In this document: positions 1 to 10,294 of the stretch, in pieces
Layout of the letters: each line of letters starts with the position of its first letter
How positions within the stretch are numbered: the first letter of the stretch is position 1
Assembly: GCA_002026145.1 (NCBI GenBank)
Contig: MWOQ01000179.1
Location: 8,128 to 72,127, forward strand
Direction of reading: 5' to 3'
Source of the DNA: Prochlorococcus sp. HOT208_60m_813L03
Lineage (GTDB): Bacteria; Cyanobacteriota; Cyanobacteriia; PCC-6307; Cyanobiaceae
Length of the DNA: 64,000 nucleotides
Program-made: the position numbers and the translations under genes
Notes under the pieces: generated by a model
What the model was told of the DNA's origin: nothing
What the model saw: the letters and a program-made list of their open reading frames with translations, nothing else
Database searches by the model: none

Positions 1-196
1 TAGTAAAAGTGACTGCGAGAATGTTATGGGGATCTATAGAATTATTTTCAATAAGATTTGCAATTCTGTGGGTAAGAGCTTTTGTCTTTCCGCTACCTGC
101 ACCTGCCACAACTAATAGTGGCCCATAAACATGATTTACTGCTTGAAGTTGCTCATTATTTAAAGATTTAAAAAGAAAATTGTTGGTTTGAGGCAC
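1..196 (-). CDS. uvrD: UvrD/PcrA ATP-dependent DNA helicase, 5' portion (runs off window start)
   Basis: Manual translation from GTG at 196: [48 protein letters not shown]...ILAVTFT; Q motif, Walker A and motif Ia of UvrD/Rep. Confidence 0.9.
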   Translation of the reverse strand, partial: MPQTNNFLFKSLNNEQLQAVNHVYGPLLVVAGAGSGKTKALTHRIANLIENNSIDPHNILAVTFT

Positions 197-218
197 TTTT
201 GGAAGGGTTTTTCAAAAA

Positions 219-425
219 TTAGACTTTACTTTGAGGTTCATTTTCCGTTTCTAGGTCTTTTAAAGCTTTTTTTAAATTTATAAGTTCCTTATTGTTATTA
301 ATTATTTCTTCAAATTTATTTTGAGGCATTCTTAATTTAATACTCCGGTCAAGAATTTCTTTTTCCAATCTCTTTTTATATGAGGAAATAAGTTTCTTTG
401 ATAATTTTAAATCTTGTTGATCCAA
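219..425 (-). CDS. Hypothetical protein (68 aa)
   Basis: ORF track; co-oriented directly upstream of uvrD. Confidence 0.65.
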   Translation of the reverse strand: MDQQDLKLSKKLISSYKKRLEKEILDRSIKLRMPQNKFEEIINNNKELINLKKALKDLETENEPQSKV

Positions 426-603
426 AACTTTTTTAAAATGTATTTTTATATTAGCGGAAAAAATTTTTTTATTTGAATTATTTCAACGATCACTTTGGAA
501 TAAAGTTATTAATTAAGAAGCGTTGCGTTAATTTTGAAATTGTATTGTTTTTACAAGCTTTGTACTATTCTATTATTCGAACTTTAAATTTTTTACTTCA
601 GGA

Positions 604-1116
604 ATGTCAGTTTCAAAGAATAATCAACTAATGTCCGCTGATATTGAAGTAAATGATTTAAGTAATATAAAAGAATTTATTAATAGTGCAAACTCAAGAT
701 TAGATTCAATAACCTCAATAACCAATAATTCGCATGCAATTGCGGCAGACGCTGTAACGGCTATGATTTGCGAAAATCAAGATTCAGTTAATTCAAAAAT
801 ATCTTTAAATACAACTAACAAGATGTCCGTTTGTTTAAGAGATGGAGAAATAATTCTAAGGATTGTTGCTTATCTTTTAATCTCTAATGACGAATCAGTT
901 TTAGAAAAAAGTTGTTTGAAGGATCTTAAAAATACTTATCTTGCTCTTGGGGTGCCTTTAAGAAATGCAAGAAGGGTTATTGAATTAATGCGAGATGCAA
1001 CCATCTCTGATTTAAATTCCACAGTTAATAATATGCAGGGAAACAAAGGCTTCCTTCCCGATTTAATTTCTGAAACAGAGTTTCAATTTGAAAGGATAAT
1101 TAATCTTTTAAATTAG
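604..1116 (+). CDS. cpeB: Phycoerythrin beta subunit, degenerate high-light Prochlorococcus type
   Basis: Phycobiliprotein motifs [19 protein letters not shown] (chromophore Cys) and [11 protein letters not shown]; no cpeA nearby. Confidence 0.9.
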   Translation: MSVSKNNQLMSADIEVNDLSNIKEFINSANSRLDSITSITNNSHAIAADAVTAMICENQDSVNSKISLNTTNKMSVCLRDGEIILRIVAYLLISNDESVLEKSCLKDLKNTYLALGVPLRNARRVIELMRDATISDLNSTVNNMQGNKGFLPDLISETEFQFERIINLLN

Positions 1117-1651
1117 CTATATTTCTTATTTCAGAAGTATGAGAAGTTTGAATTACTGAGTTATTTTCAAGATTTCTAATAGTAGAAAATCTTGATCTTA
1201 TATGAGTGGATAAAAAGGAAATTCTTTCTTCAGAAACTGTTGTTTTATAAAAAGTTTTAATATGTAAATTATTTTGTTCATCAACAAAATAATTTGATGA
1301 TGAAATAAAAGATTCTGTATAACCTTTATTTCGTATAACAATTCCTGAATTTTCATCCTTGGGTAAAAATATCAAAATTGTGTTATCACCCTTACTTATA
1401 TCATCATCTTCCCAATCACTAATAGCTTGCCATTTTATAGAAATGGCTATGCTCGTTAGGTCTAAACTTATTTTGTGATTTTTAAAAATTTCAATTATTT
1501 TTTTATTTTTCGGGTTGATATGCTCTATATATATTTTACTAGTTGAGTTTTCAAATTCCTGAAAAGCCAAAGTATGAGTGCTTCTTATGGATTTCCACTC
1601 TCCTATACTTTTATCGATAAATTGATTAATTGTTGTTAGATTGTTCGTCAA
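1100..1651 (-). CDS. cpeS: CpcS/CpeS-family phycobiliprotein lyase
   Basis: [16 protein letters not shown]-terminal motif, RNKGYTE, EERISF, TSEIR; adjacent to cpeB. Confidence 0.85.
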   Translation of the reverse strand: MTNNLTTINQFIDKSIGEWKSIRSTHTLAFQEFENSTSKIYIEHINPKNKKIIEIFKNHKISLDLTSIAISIKWQAISDWEDDDISKGDNTILIFLPKDENSGIVIRNKGYTESFISSSNYFVDEQNNLHIKTFYKTTVSEERISFLSTHIRSRFSTIRNLENNSVIQTSHTSEIRNIANLKD

Positions 1652-1805
1652 GTTTATCTTCTGCAGAATGATTTTCTGCTTTTTGAATCATTCGTACCAT
1701 TGAATCCACCATTAATCTCTTTGCAGAAGTTACTTTTAATCCAGAAGGTGTGGTTGATATTTGTTCTCCAGGGCGATCATATGAAGTTGGTCTAAATGGA
1801 GTCAT
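1626..1805 (-). CDS. Small hypothetical protein (59 aa) overlapping the cpeS start
   Basis: Manual translation [59 protein letters not shown]; below the ORF-track cutoff. Confidence 0.6.
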   Translation of the reverse strand: MTPFRPTSYDRPGEQISTTPSGLKVTSAKRLMVDSMVRMIQKAENHSAEDKLDEQSNNN

Positions 1806-1924
1806 CTAAGAATTTTAAAAAATTAATCGATTCCTATTCTTGCATGAATTCTTATTCATTTAGTTCTTGTTTGCAAAAATGTCATATCTCTATTCTTTTG
1901 TGTACAAAATTTTTAACTGTTTCT

Positions 1925-2560
1925 TTATTTAGGTATTTTATTTTTTGCTAATCCTGAAAGAGTAGCTAAAGCAAACATTCCCAATAAAGCAATTCCTAAA
2001 AATAATCCTGCTCCTTGGCTAACTCCAGCTCCAACTGCAACAAGTATAGAGTCGCTGATTAGAAGACTTATTAATAATGCTGGAGTAAATATTTTCCAGC
2101 GAGTACCTCCAATACCAATTGCGTAGCTTAGAAAATCAAAAAGACCAGTCATTAGTAAACCTGTCATAAGAAAGAAATTTTCTTCTAGTTGGTTCTGATT
2201 AAAACTTTCAATCTTTTTCATTGCTTTCGTGCCTACTAAATTACGTACGGGAACACGACCATAATTTCTTGCGATAAAGAAAGCAGCTTGGCAAAAAACG
2301 ATATCAGAAAAGATTATTGTCATGTAACCTTTTTGAAATCCTAATAATGAACCAGCTAGCAGAGAATAAGCTGAACTTGGAAGGGCAGGTAAAATAATAC
2401 TTACTCCTCTAAGTATGAATATTCCAAAAGGAGCCCAAATCCCCATACTTTCTATTTTGTTCCTTAGAGGTTCAATCCCATAATTTTGGATTAAATAAAT
2501 CAATACAACAAATATTGCTATAAAAAAAACTACTGTGAGAAATTTCTGTATTTTATTCAT
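1925..2560 (-). CDS. TVP38/TMEM64 (DedA/VTT domain) membrane protein
   Basis: Multi-TM protein with LPALPSSAYSLLAGSLLG, FFIARNYGR and FDFLSYAIG motifs. Confidence 0.8.
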   Translation of the reverse strand: MNKIQKFLTVVFFIAIFVVLIYLIQNYGIEPLRNKIESMGIWAPFGIFILRGVSIILPALPSSAYSLLAGSLLGFQKGYMTIIFSDIVFCQAAFFIARNYGRVPVRNLVGTKAMKKIESFNQNQLEENFFLMTGLLMTGLFDFLSYAIGIGGTRWKIFTPALLISLLISDSILVAVGAGVSQGAGLFLGIALLGMFALATLSGLAKNKIPK

Positions 2561-2709
2561 TATTTTTCTAATAAATTTATTCGAAGTAAATTCTTATTTT
2601 TAATATTTGATTCTATCTATAATAGAAATACTAATCAATTAAAATTTTTACAAATTTTTAATCTTATATTTCCTAATCAAAAAAAAATTTTTGTATTTCA
2701 GAACTATTT

Positions 2710-3129
2710 ATGGTCGATTCTAAGAATAAATTTAATTCAATTTTTATTAGAAATAGCATTGGTTTAGTCCTTTCGTTAGTTGTTTCCATGTGTATTTCAT
2801 TAAAACAAGCAAATGCTTTGCCTCATGAATGGGTTGGAGTCACTAAAAGTGAATATGGAGAACAGTTATGGGATAGGCAAAGTATTCAAAGGAATGAGGA
2901 TGGTTCTGTGAGAGTATTGAGTAAATTTATTCCCAAAACAAAAAGTGAAATTACTAATGATATTCTCTATACAATGGATATAAATTGTTTCGAAAAATCG
3001 TTTAGAGACGTTGATGTCTCCATAGATGAATTAAATAGTAATTTCAATGATTTAGCTGATTGGCAAGATCCCAATGGAGATAAACTGATTTTGGGCGTTA
3101 TTGCTCAAGTCTGCAGAGTGGAAAACTAA
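2710..3129 (+). CDS. Secreted hypothetical protein (surface-adhesin E-like)
   Basis: Signal peptide ending ANA; GEQLWD..SI and YTMDINC motifs, Cys pair. Confidence 0.55.
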   Translation: MVDSKNKFNSIFIRNSIGLVLSLVVSMCISLKQANALPHEWVGVTKSEYGEQLWDRQSIQRNEDGSVRVLSKFIPKTKSEITNDILYTMDINCFEKSFRDVDVSIDELNSNFNDLADWQDPNGDKLILGVIAQVCRVEN

Positions 3130-3189
3130 AAATTTTAAATTGTAAAAATAAAATAAAAAAATAAAGCATTCTAAATGCCTAGAAAATAT

Positions 3190-3212
3190 AAAACCCTGTC
3201 AAACAGGGTTTT
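3190..3212. terminator. Intrinsic terminator hairpin next to the duplicated tRNA-Phe 3' end
   Basis: AAAACCCTG-TCAAA-CAGGGTTTT. Confidence 0.7.
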
Positions 3213-3213
3213 A

Positions 3214-3246
3214 AAGGTGCCAGGACCCAGATTTGAACTGGAGACA
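3214..3246 (-). repeat. Duplicated 3' half of tRNA-Phe (att-like direct repeat)
   Basis: AAGGTGCCAGGACCCAGATTTGAACTGGAGACA matches 4085-4117 at 32/33 positions. Confidence 0.92.
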
Positions 3247-3510
3247 ATATTAAAAATAGTTAATTTTCAGTATCATAATGATACCAAAAAGACCCTTTTT
3301 TTGGGGTTAATTTTTTAACTAACATTCCATATCCATTTGATAAGAATGGTTGTGCAGAATAATTTCTATTACAAAATGGAATGTTATTAACTCCATTAAA
3401 TATTAGTTGGCTTAATAAAGTATTAAGTATTATTTCTAAAAGGCTTTAAAAAAAATATATGTTTTATTTTTAGTCAATCAAAATTTTAGAGAATATAAAG
3501 GGATTTTAAT

Positions 3511-3774
3511 ATGAAAGATTTCCTACTAAAAATTTTTAACTTTCTAAAAGATCTTTACAATAAACTTATTAAATTTTTAAAAAGTATTTCACCTGATGAG
3601 AAGCCAGTTGAAGAAGAGAAGCCAGTTGAGGATGTAAAGCCTGCTGAAGAAGAGAAGCCAGTTGAGGATGTAAAGCCAGTTGAAGAAGAGAAGCCAGTTG
3701 AGGATGTAAAGCCTGCTGAAGAAGAGAAGCCAGTTGAGGATGTAAAGCCTGCTGAAGATGAAAAACCAGTTTAA
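3511..3774 (+). CDS. Microprotein: amphipathic N-terminal helix plus ten acidic xxxKPV/KPA hexapeptide repeats
   Basis: ORF track; ATG preceded by AAAGGGA; repeats stay in frame. Confidence 0.7.
   Translation: MKDFLLKIFNFLKDLYNKLIKFLKSISPDEKPVEEEKPVEDVKPAEEEKPVEDVKPVEEEKPVEDVKPAEEEKPVEDVKPAEDEKPV
3592..3771 (+). repeat. Coding tandem repeat, 10 x 18 bp (36-bp higher-order unit)
   Basis: Unit GAAGAAGAGAAGCCAGTTGAGGATGTAAAGCCTGCT repeated about four times plus partial flanking units. Confidence 0.92.
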
Positions 3775-4088
3775 AAAAGATGGTGTACTGAATGTAATGC
3801 TTATGCAACTACAGCAAGCATTTTAAAAGGACTCAAGAAATGGATGATATGAGTGAAAACGTCAGAGCAAACTTCTATGGAGATGGAATGTAAGTTCTGG
3901 GGAGTAAAAAAATCAGTAATTTTATTGCTCAACTTACATTCCACTTACATTCCAAAAATATGCCACTCAGAGGGTTCATTTTTGCTCTCTGAGTCTTTCT
4001 TTAAATATCCTAAAAAGACCTTTCAGAACATAAATTAGGCATTAAAAAAGCACCTTTTCAGATGCTCATTTAATTCCATAATGGAAGG

Positions 4089-4161
4089 TGCCAGGACCCA
4101 GATTTGAACTGGGGACACGGCGATTTTCAGTCGCCTGCTCTACCAACTGAGCTATCCCGGC
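4089..4161 (-). tRNA. trnF: tRNA-Phe(GAA)
   Basis: Reverse complement GCCGGGATAGCTCAGTTGGTAGAGCAGGCGACTGAAAATCGCCGTGTCCCCAGTTCAAATCTGGGTCCTGGCA. Confidence 0.97.
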
Positions 4162-4250
4162 TCTAATCTATACACTCTAAATTATGATGTGTAGTTTGTG
4201 AAACCCTTTCATTAAAAATTTTATATCTTCATTTAATATCCATAAAACTA

Positions 4251-5480
4251 TTATTTTGCATTAATCGCTAACAAGGCAGTACCATATGAAGTGTTTTTTT
4301 TACATGAAACTATTGGTATATTGATAATTTTTTCTCTTATTTTTCTCCATTGTGGGTTTTGTGAACCTCCACCAATAGTAATAATTTTTTTTGGAAGAGA
4401 ACCTGTTAGTTCACTTAGTTTTTCCCATCCTCTCAGTTCGATCTTAGCTAGTCCCTCGAATAATGCATGTAAATAAAGTGAGTCGCTTACTGGTCTAGGT
4501 TCTAGTATCGGCTCTAAATTAGAATTATTAACAGGAAATCTCTCTCCTTTACTATTAAGAGGTAAAAGATCCAAAGAAGTGTTTTTCGATGGATTAATTT
4601 GTCGACTAAGTTCCTTTATTTCTAAATCAGAAAAGAACTTAGACAAGATACCGCAACCCGCATTTGATGCTCCTCCACATATCCAATCGCCGTTTACTCT
4701 ATGTGTTGTAATTCCCTTTTTTTTTATAGGGTTTTCAATAATTTTTTTTACCACAATTGTTGTTCCTAAAACTGTCAGACCATCTTCTTTACCTAAACCT
4801 GCAGCTATTAAACTTGCATTAGAGTCTGTGGTGCCTGAGATTAATATTAATCTCTTATTCAATTTATATCTCTCTGCTAAATCAAAATTCACTTGTCCAA
4901 TAATTTTCCCACTTTTTATTATTTGAGGTAGGCATTTTTGCCATGAAGTATTGAGATAGCTTTTTGGCCATGATTCTTTTTTTAGATCCCAACCAAGTTT
5001 TAGATTATTACCTTCTTCTCCATGAGCCCAATCTTTTAAAAACCAACCAGTGATCCAATCAGATTGATGTCGTAAAAGTATGTTTGTTCCATATTTATCT
5101 ATTAGTTTTAATGCTTTAGCAAGACTACTGTATGGAGTTCGTAGATGATCTTCTTCAGAAGTTAGTGATTCAAGATGGATTTTATGTTCATTACATGCTT
5201 GGTCATAAGGTATTGCTTCTCCTATAGGCTTCCCATTTAAATTACATGCTGTCAAGGTTCCTGAGGTGCCCGAGATAGCCAATTTATTAAGTTTAATTTT
5301 CACCTCAATAGGTAGATTAACTAGAAGATTTTCACAAGAATTGATCCAAGAATTTGGATTTTTAAAGCTGTATGAATAAGGTACTGAATTTGAATATACT
5401 AATTTCTTATTAAGATTAATTATTGATATTCTTGCACCACTGGTTCCAAAATCTAACCCTCCATAAAAATCATCAGGCAT
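4251..5480 (-). CDS. FGGY-family carbohydrate kinase (ribulose/xylulose kinase-like)
   Basis: GLDFGTSGAR, ISGTSGT, GTTDSNA and GGGSQN motifs; start moved to ATG 5480 to avoid the metK overlap. Confidence 0.85.
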   Translation of the reverse strand: MPDDFYGGLDFGTSGARISIINLNKKLVYSNSVPYSYSFKNPNSWINSCENLLVNLPIEVKIKLNKLAISGTSGTLTACNLNGKPIGEAIPYDQACNEHKIHLESLTSEEDHLRTPYSSLAKALKLIDKYGTNILLRHQSDWITGWFLKDWAHGEEGNNLKLGWDLKKESWPKSYLNTSWQKCLPQIIKSGKIIGQVNFDLAERYKLNKRLILISGTTDSNASLIAAGLGKEDGLTVLGTTIVVKKIIENPIKKKGITTHRVNGDWICGGASNAGCGILSKFFSDLEIKELSRQINPSKNTSLDLLPLNSKGERFPVNNSNLEPILEPRPVSDSLYLHALFEGLAKIELRGWEKLSELTGSLPKKIITIGGGSQNPQWRKIREKIINIPIVSCKKNTSYGTALLAINAK

Positions 5481-5491
5481 AGAAAAAAATT

Positions 5492-6733
5492 TTATAAAAA
5501 GATTTTGGAAGCCTCTGCTAATTGGGCTGCTTTCCCCTCTACATTTTCCCAAGGGAGCTCAAGATCCCTTCTGCCAAAATGTCCATAGGACGCAGTCTTT
5601 CTAAAAAATTTACCTCCCATTTTTTTTGGTAGATTTCTTAAGTTAAATTCTTTTATTATTGCTGCTGGTCTTAAATCGAAGTGCTCTTTAATAAGCTTGG
5701 TCAAATTAGCTTGTGAAATAACACCTGTATCAAAAGTTTCCACGAGAATGGAAATTGGTTTTGCTACTCCAATTGCATAACTTAGTTGTACTTCTGCTTT
5801 TTTTGCCAATTTTGCTTTCACAATGCTTTTAGCTACATAACGTGCTGCATAAGCGGCTGATCTATCTACTTTTGTGGGATCTTTACCAGAAAATGCCCCT
5901 CCTCCGTGTCTTGCATATCCGCCATAAGTATCTACGATAATTTTTCTACCAGTTAGCCCCGCATCTCCTTGAGGCCCCCCTACTACAAATTTTCCCGTGG
6001 GGTTTACAAGAAATCTTGTCTTGCTAGTGTTTGGTTTGATTTCTAAATCTTCAGTAGCAGGAATTACAACATGCTTCCATAAATCTTCTTTAATTATTTG
6101 ACGAATTTCTTCTTCGTTTGTTATCCCATTAATCTCAGGATTATGTTGAGTTGAAATTAAAATCGTGTTAATAGAGACTGGTAACCCTTTTTCGTAATCA
6201 ATGCTTACTTGAGTTTTACCATCAGGTAGTAGATAGTTAAGGACTTTTTCATGCCTTACTTTGGCAAGTTGAATGGCTAATCTATGCGCCAAGCTAATCG
6301 GTAAGGGCATTAATTCAGGCGTCTCATCGCATGCATAGCCAAACATTATGCCTTGGTCACCAGCTCCGGTATTATCTTCCAAATCATCGTTAACATCATC
6401 CGCTTCGTTTACTCCTTGAGAAATATCCGGTGATTGTTCGTCAAGTGCTACTAAAACAGCACAACTATTTGCGTCAAAACCACCTGCTCTATACCCTTCA
6501 TACCCAATTTCTTTAATTACATTTCTAACAAGTTTTATATAATCGACTTTTGCTTTTGAAGTTATTTCTCCAGTGAGTAAACAAAGACCTGTATTAACCA
6601 CAGTTTCGCATGCTACTCTGCTTTCTGGATCTTCTGTCAATAAAGCATCTAAAACAGCGTCACTAATTTGATCACATATTTTATCAGGATGACCTTCAGT
6701 AACGGATTCCGAAGTGAAAATGAAATCACTCAT
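5492..6733 (-). CDS. metK: S-adenosylmethionine synthetase
   Basis: [28 protein letters not shown] signatures. Confidence 0.98.
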   Translation of the reverse strand: MSDFIFTSESVTEGHPDKICDQISDAVLDALLTEDPESRVACETVVNTGLCLLTGEITSKAKVDYIKLVRNVIKEIGYEGYRAGGFDANSCAVLVALDEQSPDISQGVNEADDVNDDLEDNTGAGDQGIMFGYACDETPELMPLPISLAHRLAIQLAKVRHEKVLNYLLPDGKTQVSIDYEKGLPVSINTILISTQHNPEINGITNEEEIRQIIKEDLWKHVVIPATEDLEIKPNTSKTRFLVNPTGKFVVGGPQGDAGLTGRKIIVDTYGGYARHGGGAFSGKDPTKVDRSAAYAARYVAKSIVKAKLAKKAEVQLSYAIGVAKPISILVETFDTGVISQANLTKLIKEHFDLRPAAIIKEFNLRNLPKKMGGKFFRKTASYGHFGRRDLELPWENVEGKAAQLAEASKIFL

Positions 6734-6870
6734 TTACAAATAATTTTGAATTTAGACTTTATCCTAAATTAGATTATCGTTACAAATCAATTAATGTAAA
6801 TTAAGTAATACTTGTACAAGAACAATGAGGCTTAAATTCTGATATTCGTATACAAAATTAAAAAGTAAAT

Positions 6871-7962
6871 TTATACTGTTTCAGATGACGCTGTAGTGAT
6901 TTCTTCATTATCGTCAGTTTGTTCAAATAACATTTGTTTGTATTTTGCAGCCATTTCTTCAGCTTTACTAAAAACTTTTTGAGGATCTGTTAACATATCG
7001 CCTGGTTCAGGTTCAAGTGCTTTAGTAGATAATGAAATTCTTCCTCTTTCTGAATCAAGGTCAATTATCATAACTTTCATTTGGTCATTCACATTTAAAA
7101 CATTATGAGGAGTCTCAATATGTTCATGACTAATCTCAGAAATGTGCAATAGGCCACTAACTCCACCAATATCAATAAAGGCTCCATAAGGTTTAATACC
7201 TTTTACAGAACCAACAACAACTTCGCCTACCTCGAGTCGGTTCATTTTTTTCTCAACCAAAGCTCTTCTATGACTTAGTACTAATCTATTTCTCTCTTCA
7301 TCAACTTCAAGAAATTTTAAGGGTAAATATTCACCTTCTAAGTCATCTTTAATTTTTCGAGCACTTATATGAGAGCCAGGGATAAAACCTCTTAAGCCTT
7401 CTACCCTAACGAGAGCTCCGCCTCTGTTTGTAGCAAAAACTTCAGAATATATAGTTGCATCCTCTTTTTGGAGTTGTCTAACCCTTTCCCAGGCTCTTTG
7501 ATATTCAATTCTTCTAATGGAGAGGGCTAGTTGGCCATCTTCATTTTCCTCGCTCATTATGAAAAATTCTCTACTTTCTGAAGGTTGTAAAACATCATTA
7601 AGCCCTTCAACTCTATTTATTGAAACCTCCTGAACTGGCATAAAAGCAGCTGTTTTTGCCCCTATATCTATCATGGCTCCTTTAGGCTCAAGAGCAAAAA
7701 CGGTCCCTTTAACTAGATCGCCAGGCTTAAAGTTATAGTCATACTTACCCAAAAGTGATGCAAATTCTTCTTGTGTGAATCCTGCGTTGTCAAAATCCGT
7801 ATTTGTTCTGCTAGAGGAAGAATCTGCTGAAGGGATATCGCTCTTCTCGAATGATAAATCTTCCTCATTTTGGGATGATGAATCATTGTCTAACTCAGAC
7901 GAATTTTTAATTTCTTGATCTTCAGAAAGTTCTTTAATTGTTTGAGAAGAATTTTCGTTCAT
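6871..7962 (-). CDS. rpsA: 30S ribosomal protein S1
   Basis: Three S1 domains (GFIPGSHIS, YGAFIDIGGVSGLLHISEISH). Confidence 0.95.
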   Translation of the reverse strand: MNENSSQTIKELSEDQEIKNSSELDNDSSSQNEEDLSFEKSDIPSADSSSSRTNTDFDNAGFTQEEFASLLGKYDYNFKPGDLVKGTVFALEPKGAMIDIGAKTAAFMPVQEVSINRVEGLNDVLQPSESREFFIMSEENEDGQLALSIRRIEYQRAWERVRQLQKEDATIYSEVFATNRGGALVRVEGLRGFIPGSHISARKIKDDLEGEYLPLKFLEVDEERNRLVLSHRRALVEKKMNRLEVGEVVVGSVKGIKPYGAFIDIGGVSGLLHISEISHEHIETPHNVLNVNDQMKVMIIDLDSERGRISLSTKALEPEPGDMLTDPQKVFSKAEEMAAKYKQMLFEQTDDNEEITTASSETV

Positions 7963-8071
7963 TTTTTGTATCGCAGACTACCTGAGGTAGTTAGAAAGGA
8001 ATGCTACTAGCCTGCAAACCAATAGCAAAGAATATTTGTGATATGTATTCTACACTTTAAAACGCTGTATT

Positions 8072-8551
8072 TTATGAAATTGAAGCGAATTGGTTTATTG
8101 AACTTCCTTTTAGAGATTCAAGAGTAGAAATAAAATCTTTTACCCCATTAAATTTTCTGTAAACAGAAGCATACCTTATGTAAGCGACTTCGTTCTCTTT
8201 CCTAAGATTTTTGAGTATTAGTTCTCCGATTTGTGAAGATTTAATATCTTTATTAGAGTCTTGAACTATTTGTGATTCAATTCCATCTACGAAATTAATA
8301 ATTGCTTCACTGCTGAAGTTAGTTTTTTCACAAGCTCTTGATATACCAGTGAATAATTTTTGTTTATCAAACAGTTCTCTGCTACCGTCTTTCTTTATAA
8401 CTGAAACTGGCATTGATTCCACTCTTTCATAAGTCGTAAATCTAAAGCTGCAATTTAAGCACTCTCTTCTTCTTCGAACACTCTTGCCACTATCAGCAGA
8501 TCTTGATTCCAAAACTCTGCTATCTGTGTTTTGACAGGTTGGACACTGCAT
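8072..8551 (-). CDS. nrdR: Transcriptional repressor NrdR
   Basis: MQCPTC...SRVLESR...RRRRECLNC...RFTTYE zinc ribbon, ATP cone, [10 protein letters not shown]. Confidence 0.96.
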   Translation of the reverse strand: MQCPTCQNTDSRVLESRSADSGKSVRRRRECLNCSFRFTTYERVESMPVSVIKKDGSRELFDKQKLFTGISRACEKTNFSSEAIINFVDGIESQIVQDSNKDIKSSQIGELILKNLRKENEVAYIRYASVYRKFNGVKDFISTLESLKGSSINQFASIS

Positions 8552-8611
8552 GTGGTGAAATAAGCTGCACTTCAACTCTAATAGTAGAGTAATATCTTAA
8601 TTATGAAAAGT

Positions 8612-8642
8612 AAAAAAAAACCTCTTGTTAAAGAGGTTTTTT
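8612..8642. terminator. Intrinsic terminator downstream of psbT
   Basis: AAAAAAAAACCTCTT-GTTA-AAGAGGTTTTTT. Confidence 0.7.
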
Positions 8643-8648
8643 CTGAGT

Positions 8649-8747
8649 TCATTTTCTATCGAATTTAGGAGGGTCTCTAAAGGCGACAGCAAAGAATAAG
8701 GTAACAACTGCGAGAGTTAGAATAAGAACGTAAGCAAAAGCTTCCAT
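8649..8747 (-). CDS. psbT: Photosystem II reaction centre protein T
   Basis: Manual translation [32 protein letters not shown]; downstream of psbB. Confidence 0.95.
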   Translation of the reverse strand: MEAFAYVLILTLAVVTLFFAVAFRDPPKFDRK

Positions 8748-8770
8748 AAGATTAAATAAATAAGTTTAGT

Positions 8771-10294
8771 TTAGACCCTTCCTGGTATTCTTCTTGTGGT
8801 TTCGTCACCAAGTTTCTTGAATAAACCAAATTCAACTTGGTCTCCAATCTCAGCATCAATACCAGCAAAGGAATTTCTGTAAAGAGTTCTTGAAGCATGC
8901 CACCAGTGGCCGAACAAGAATAGCAATCCGAAACATAAATGTGCATATGTAAACCACGCTCTCGGTGAGCTACGGAATACACCATCAGATTTATATGTCT
9001 CTCTGTCAAACTTGAATGCTTCGCCAAGTTGAGCCTTTCTAGCTAATCTTTTAACTACTGCAGGATCTGTAAATGTTTGTCCATCTAGGTCTCCTCCATA
9101 GATAGTTGCAGTGATACCAGTCTGTTCAAATGAATACTTTGCTTCAGCTCTTCTAAATGGAATATCTGCCCTTACATTGCCTTCTTTGTCTTCAAGAATA
9201 ACAGGGAAGTTTTCAAAGAAATTAGGAATTCTTCTAACTTCTAATTCGTTACCTTCCTTGTCTTGAAAAGCAATGTGACCTTGCCAACCAGTTGGTAATC
9301 CATCACCATTTACAAGAGCTCCAACTCTAAATAGTCCTCCTTTAGCAGGACTATTCCCAACATAATCATAGAAGGCTAGTTTTTCTGGAATCGATGCATA
9401 TGCCTCTGATTTAGTAGCACCATTATCTATAGCTGCTTGCACTCTTCTGTTAATTTCAGTTTTAAAATAGCCTGAGTCCCATTGATATCTTGTAGGTCCA
9501 AAAAGCTCTACAGGAGTTGTTGCAGAACCGTACCACATTGTTCCGGAAACAACAAAAGATACAAACAATACAGCGGCTAGAGCACTAGCTAAGACTCCTT
9601 CGAGACTTCCAAGTTTTAGTGCTCTATAAAGTCTTTCTCCAGGTCTATTGGTGATGTGAAAAATACCTCCAATAATACCCATAAGTCCTGCTGCAATATG
9701 ATTAGCAACAATACCACCCGGATTAAAAGGATTAAATCCTTCTACTCCCCAGGAAGGAGCCACAGGTTCTACATGACCAGTTAAGCCATAAGGGTCGGAA
9801 ACCCAAATCCCCACGTTTGCGCAATGAAAAGCTCCAAAACCAAAACAGGTTAGTCCAGCTAGAAGAAGGTGAATTCCGAAAATTCTTGGTAAATCAAGAG
9901 CAGGCTCACCAGTTCTTGAATCTTCCCATAAATCTAAGTCCCAGTAGGTCCAGTGCCAAATAGAGGCCAACATTAATAGACCACTAAATACTATGTGAGC
10001 TGCTGCAACCCCTTCAAAACTCCAGAATCCAGGATCAACTCCAGTAGCACCAGTAATATCCCATCCGTTCCAACTACTTGTGATACCTAGTCTTGCCATG
10101 AAAGGCATAACGTACATCCCCTGTCTCCACATTGGATTGAGAACAGCATCAGAAGGATCAAAAATGGCTAATTCATAAAGAGCCATTGAACCGGCCCAGC
10201 CGGCTAATAATGCAGTATGCATAAGATGCACAGCAAGTAGTCGACCTGGGTCATTAATAACTACTGTGTGAACTCGATACCAAGGCAATCCCAT
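8771..10294 (-). CDS. psbB: Photosystem II CP47 chlorophyll-binding protein
   Basis: [28 protein letters not shown]-terminus; full length. Confidence 0.99.
   Translation of the reverse strand: MGLPWYRVHTVVINDPGRLLAVHLMHTALLAGWAGSMALYELAIFDPSDAVLNPMWRQGMYVMPFMARLGITSSWNGWDITGATGVDPGFWSFEGVAAAHIVFSGLLMLASIWHWTYWDLDLWEDSRTGEPALDLPRIFGIHLLLAGLTCFGFGAFHCANVGIWVSDPYGLTGHVEPVAPSWGVEGFNPFNPGGIVANHIAAGLMGIIGGIFHITNRPGERLYRALKLGSLEGVLASALAAVLFVSFVVSGTMWYGSATTPVELFGPTRYQWDSGYFKTEINRRVQAAIDNGATKSEAYASIPEKLAFYDYVGNSPAKGGLFRVGALVNGDGLPTGWQGHIAFQDKEGNELEVRRIPNFFENFPVILEDKEGNVRADIPFRRAEAKYSFEQTGITATIYGGDLDGQTFTDPAVVKRLARKAQLGEAFKFDRETYKSDGVFRSSPRAWFTYAHLCFGLLFLFGHWWHASRTLYRNSFAGIDAEIGDQVEFGLFKKLGDETTRRIPGRV

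Larger units (their letters stand above)
3214..4117. mobile_element. tRNA-Phe-integrated micro-island / relic integrative element (no integrase)
   Basis: Flanked by 33-bp direct repeats of the tRNA 3' end; internal ACTTACATTCC-type repeats near both ends. Confidence 0.75.

Noticed and set aside
3592..3771. Possible CRISPR array
   Set aside because: Contiguous in-frame tandem repeats with no unique spacers, and no cas genes.
3569..3808. Antisense 79-aa ORF (LQQALHPQLAS repeats)
   Set aside because: Shadow of the plus-strand repeat gene.
3853..4038. 61-aa ORF as an integrase remnant
   Set aside because: No recombinase motifs; it overlaps the arm-like repeats and is probably non-coding.
4291..4926. 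Plus-strand ORFs inside the sugar kinase
   Set aside because: Antisense shadows; the same applies to track ORFs inside minE, minD, ctpA, petB, ALDH, PTOX, the desaturase, pip, the cupin, TM0106 and SIMPL.
8752..9027. 91-aa ORF overlapping the psbB 3' end
   Set aside because: Alternative frame of psbB with no recognisable features.
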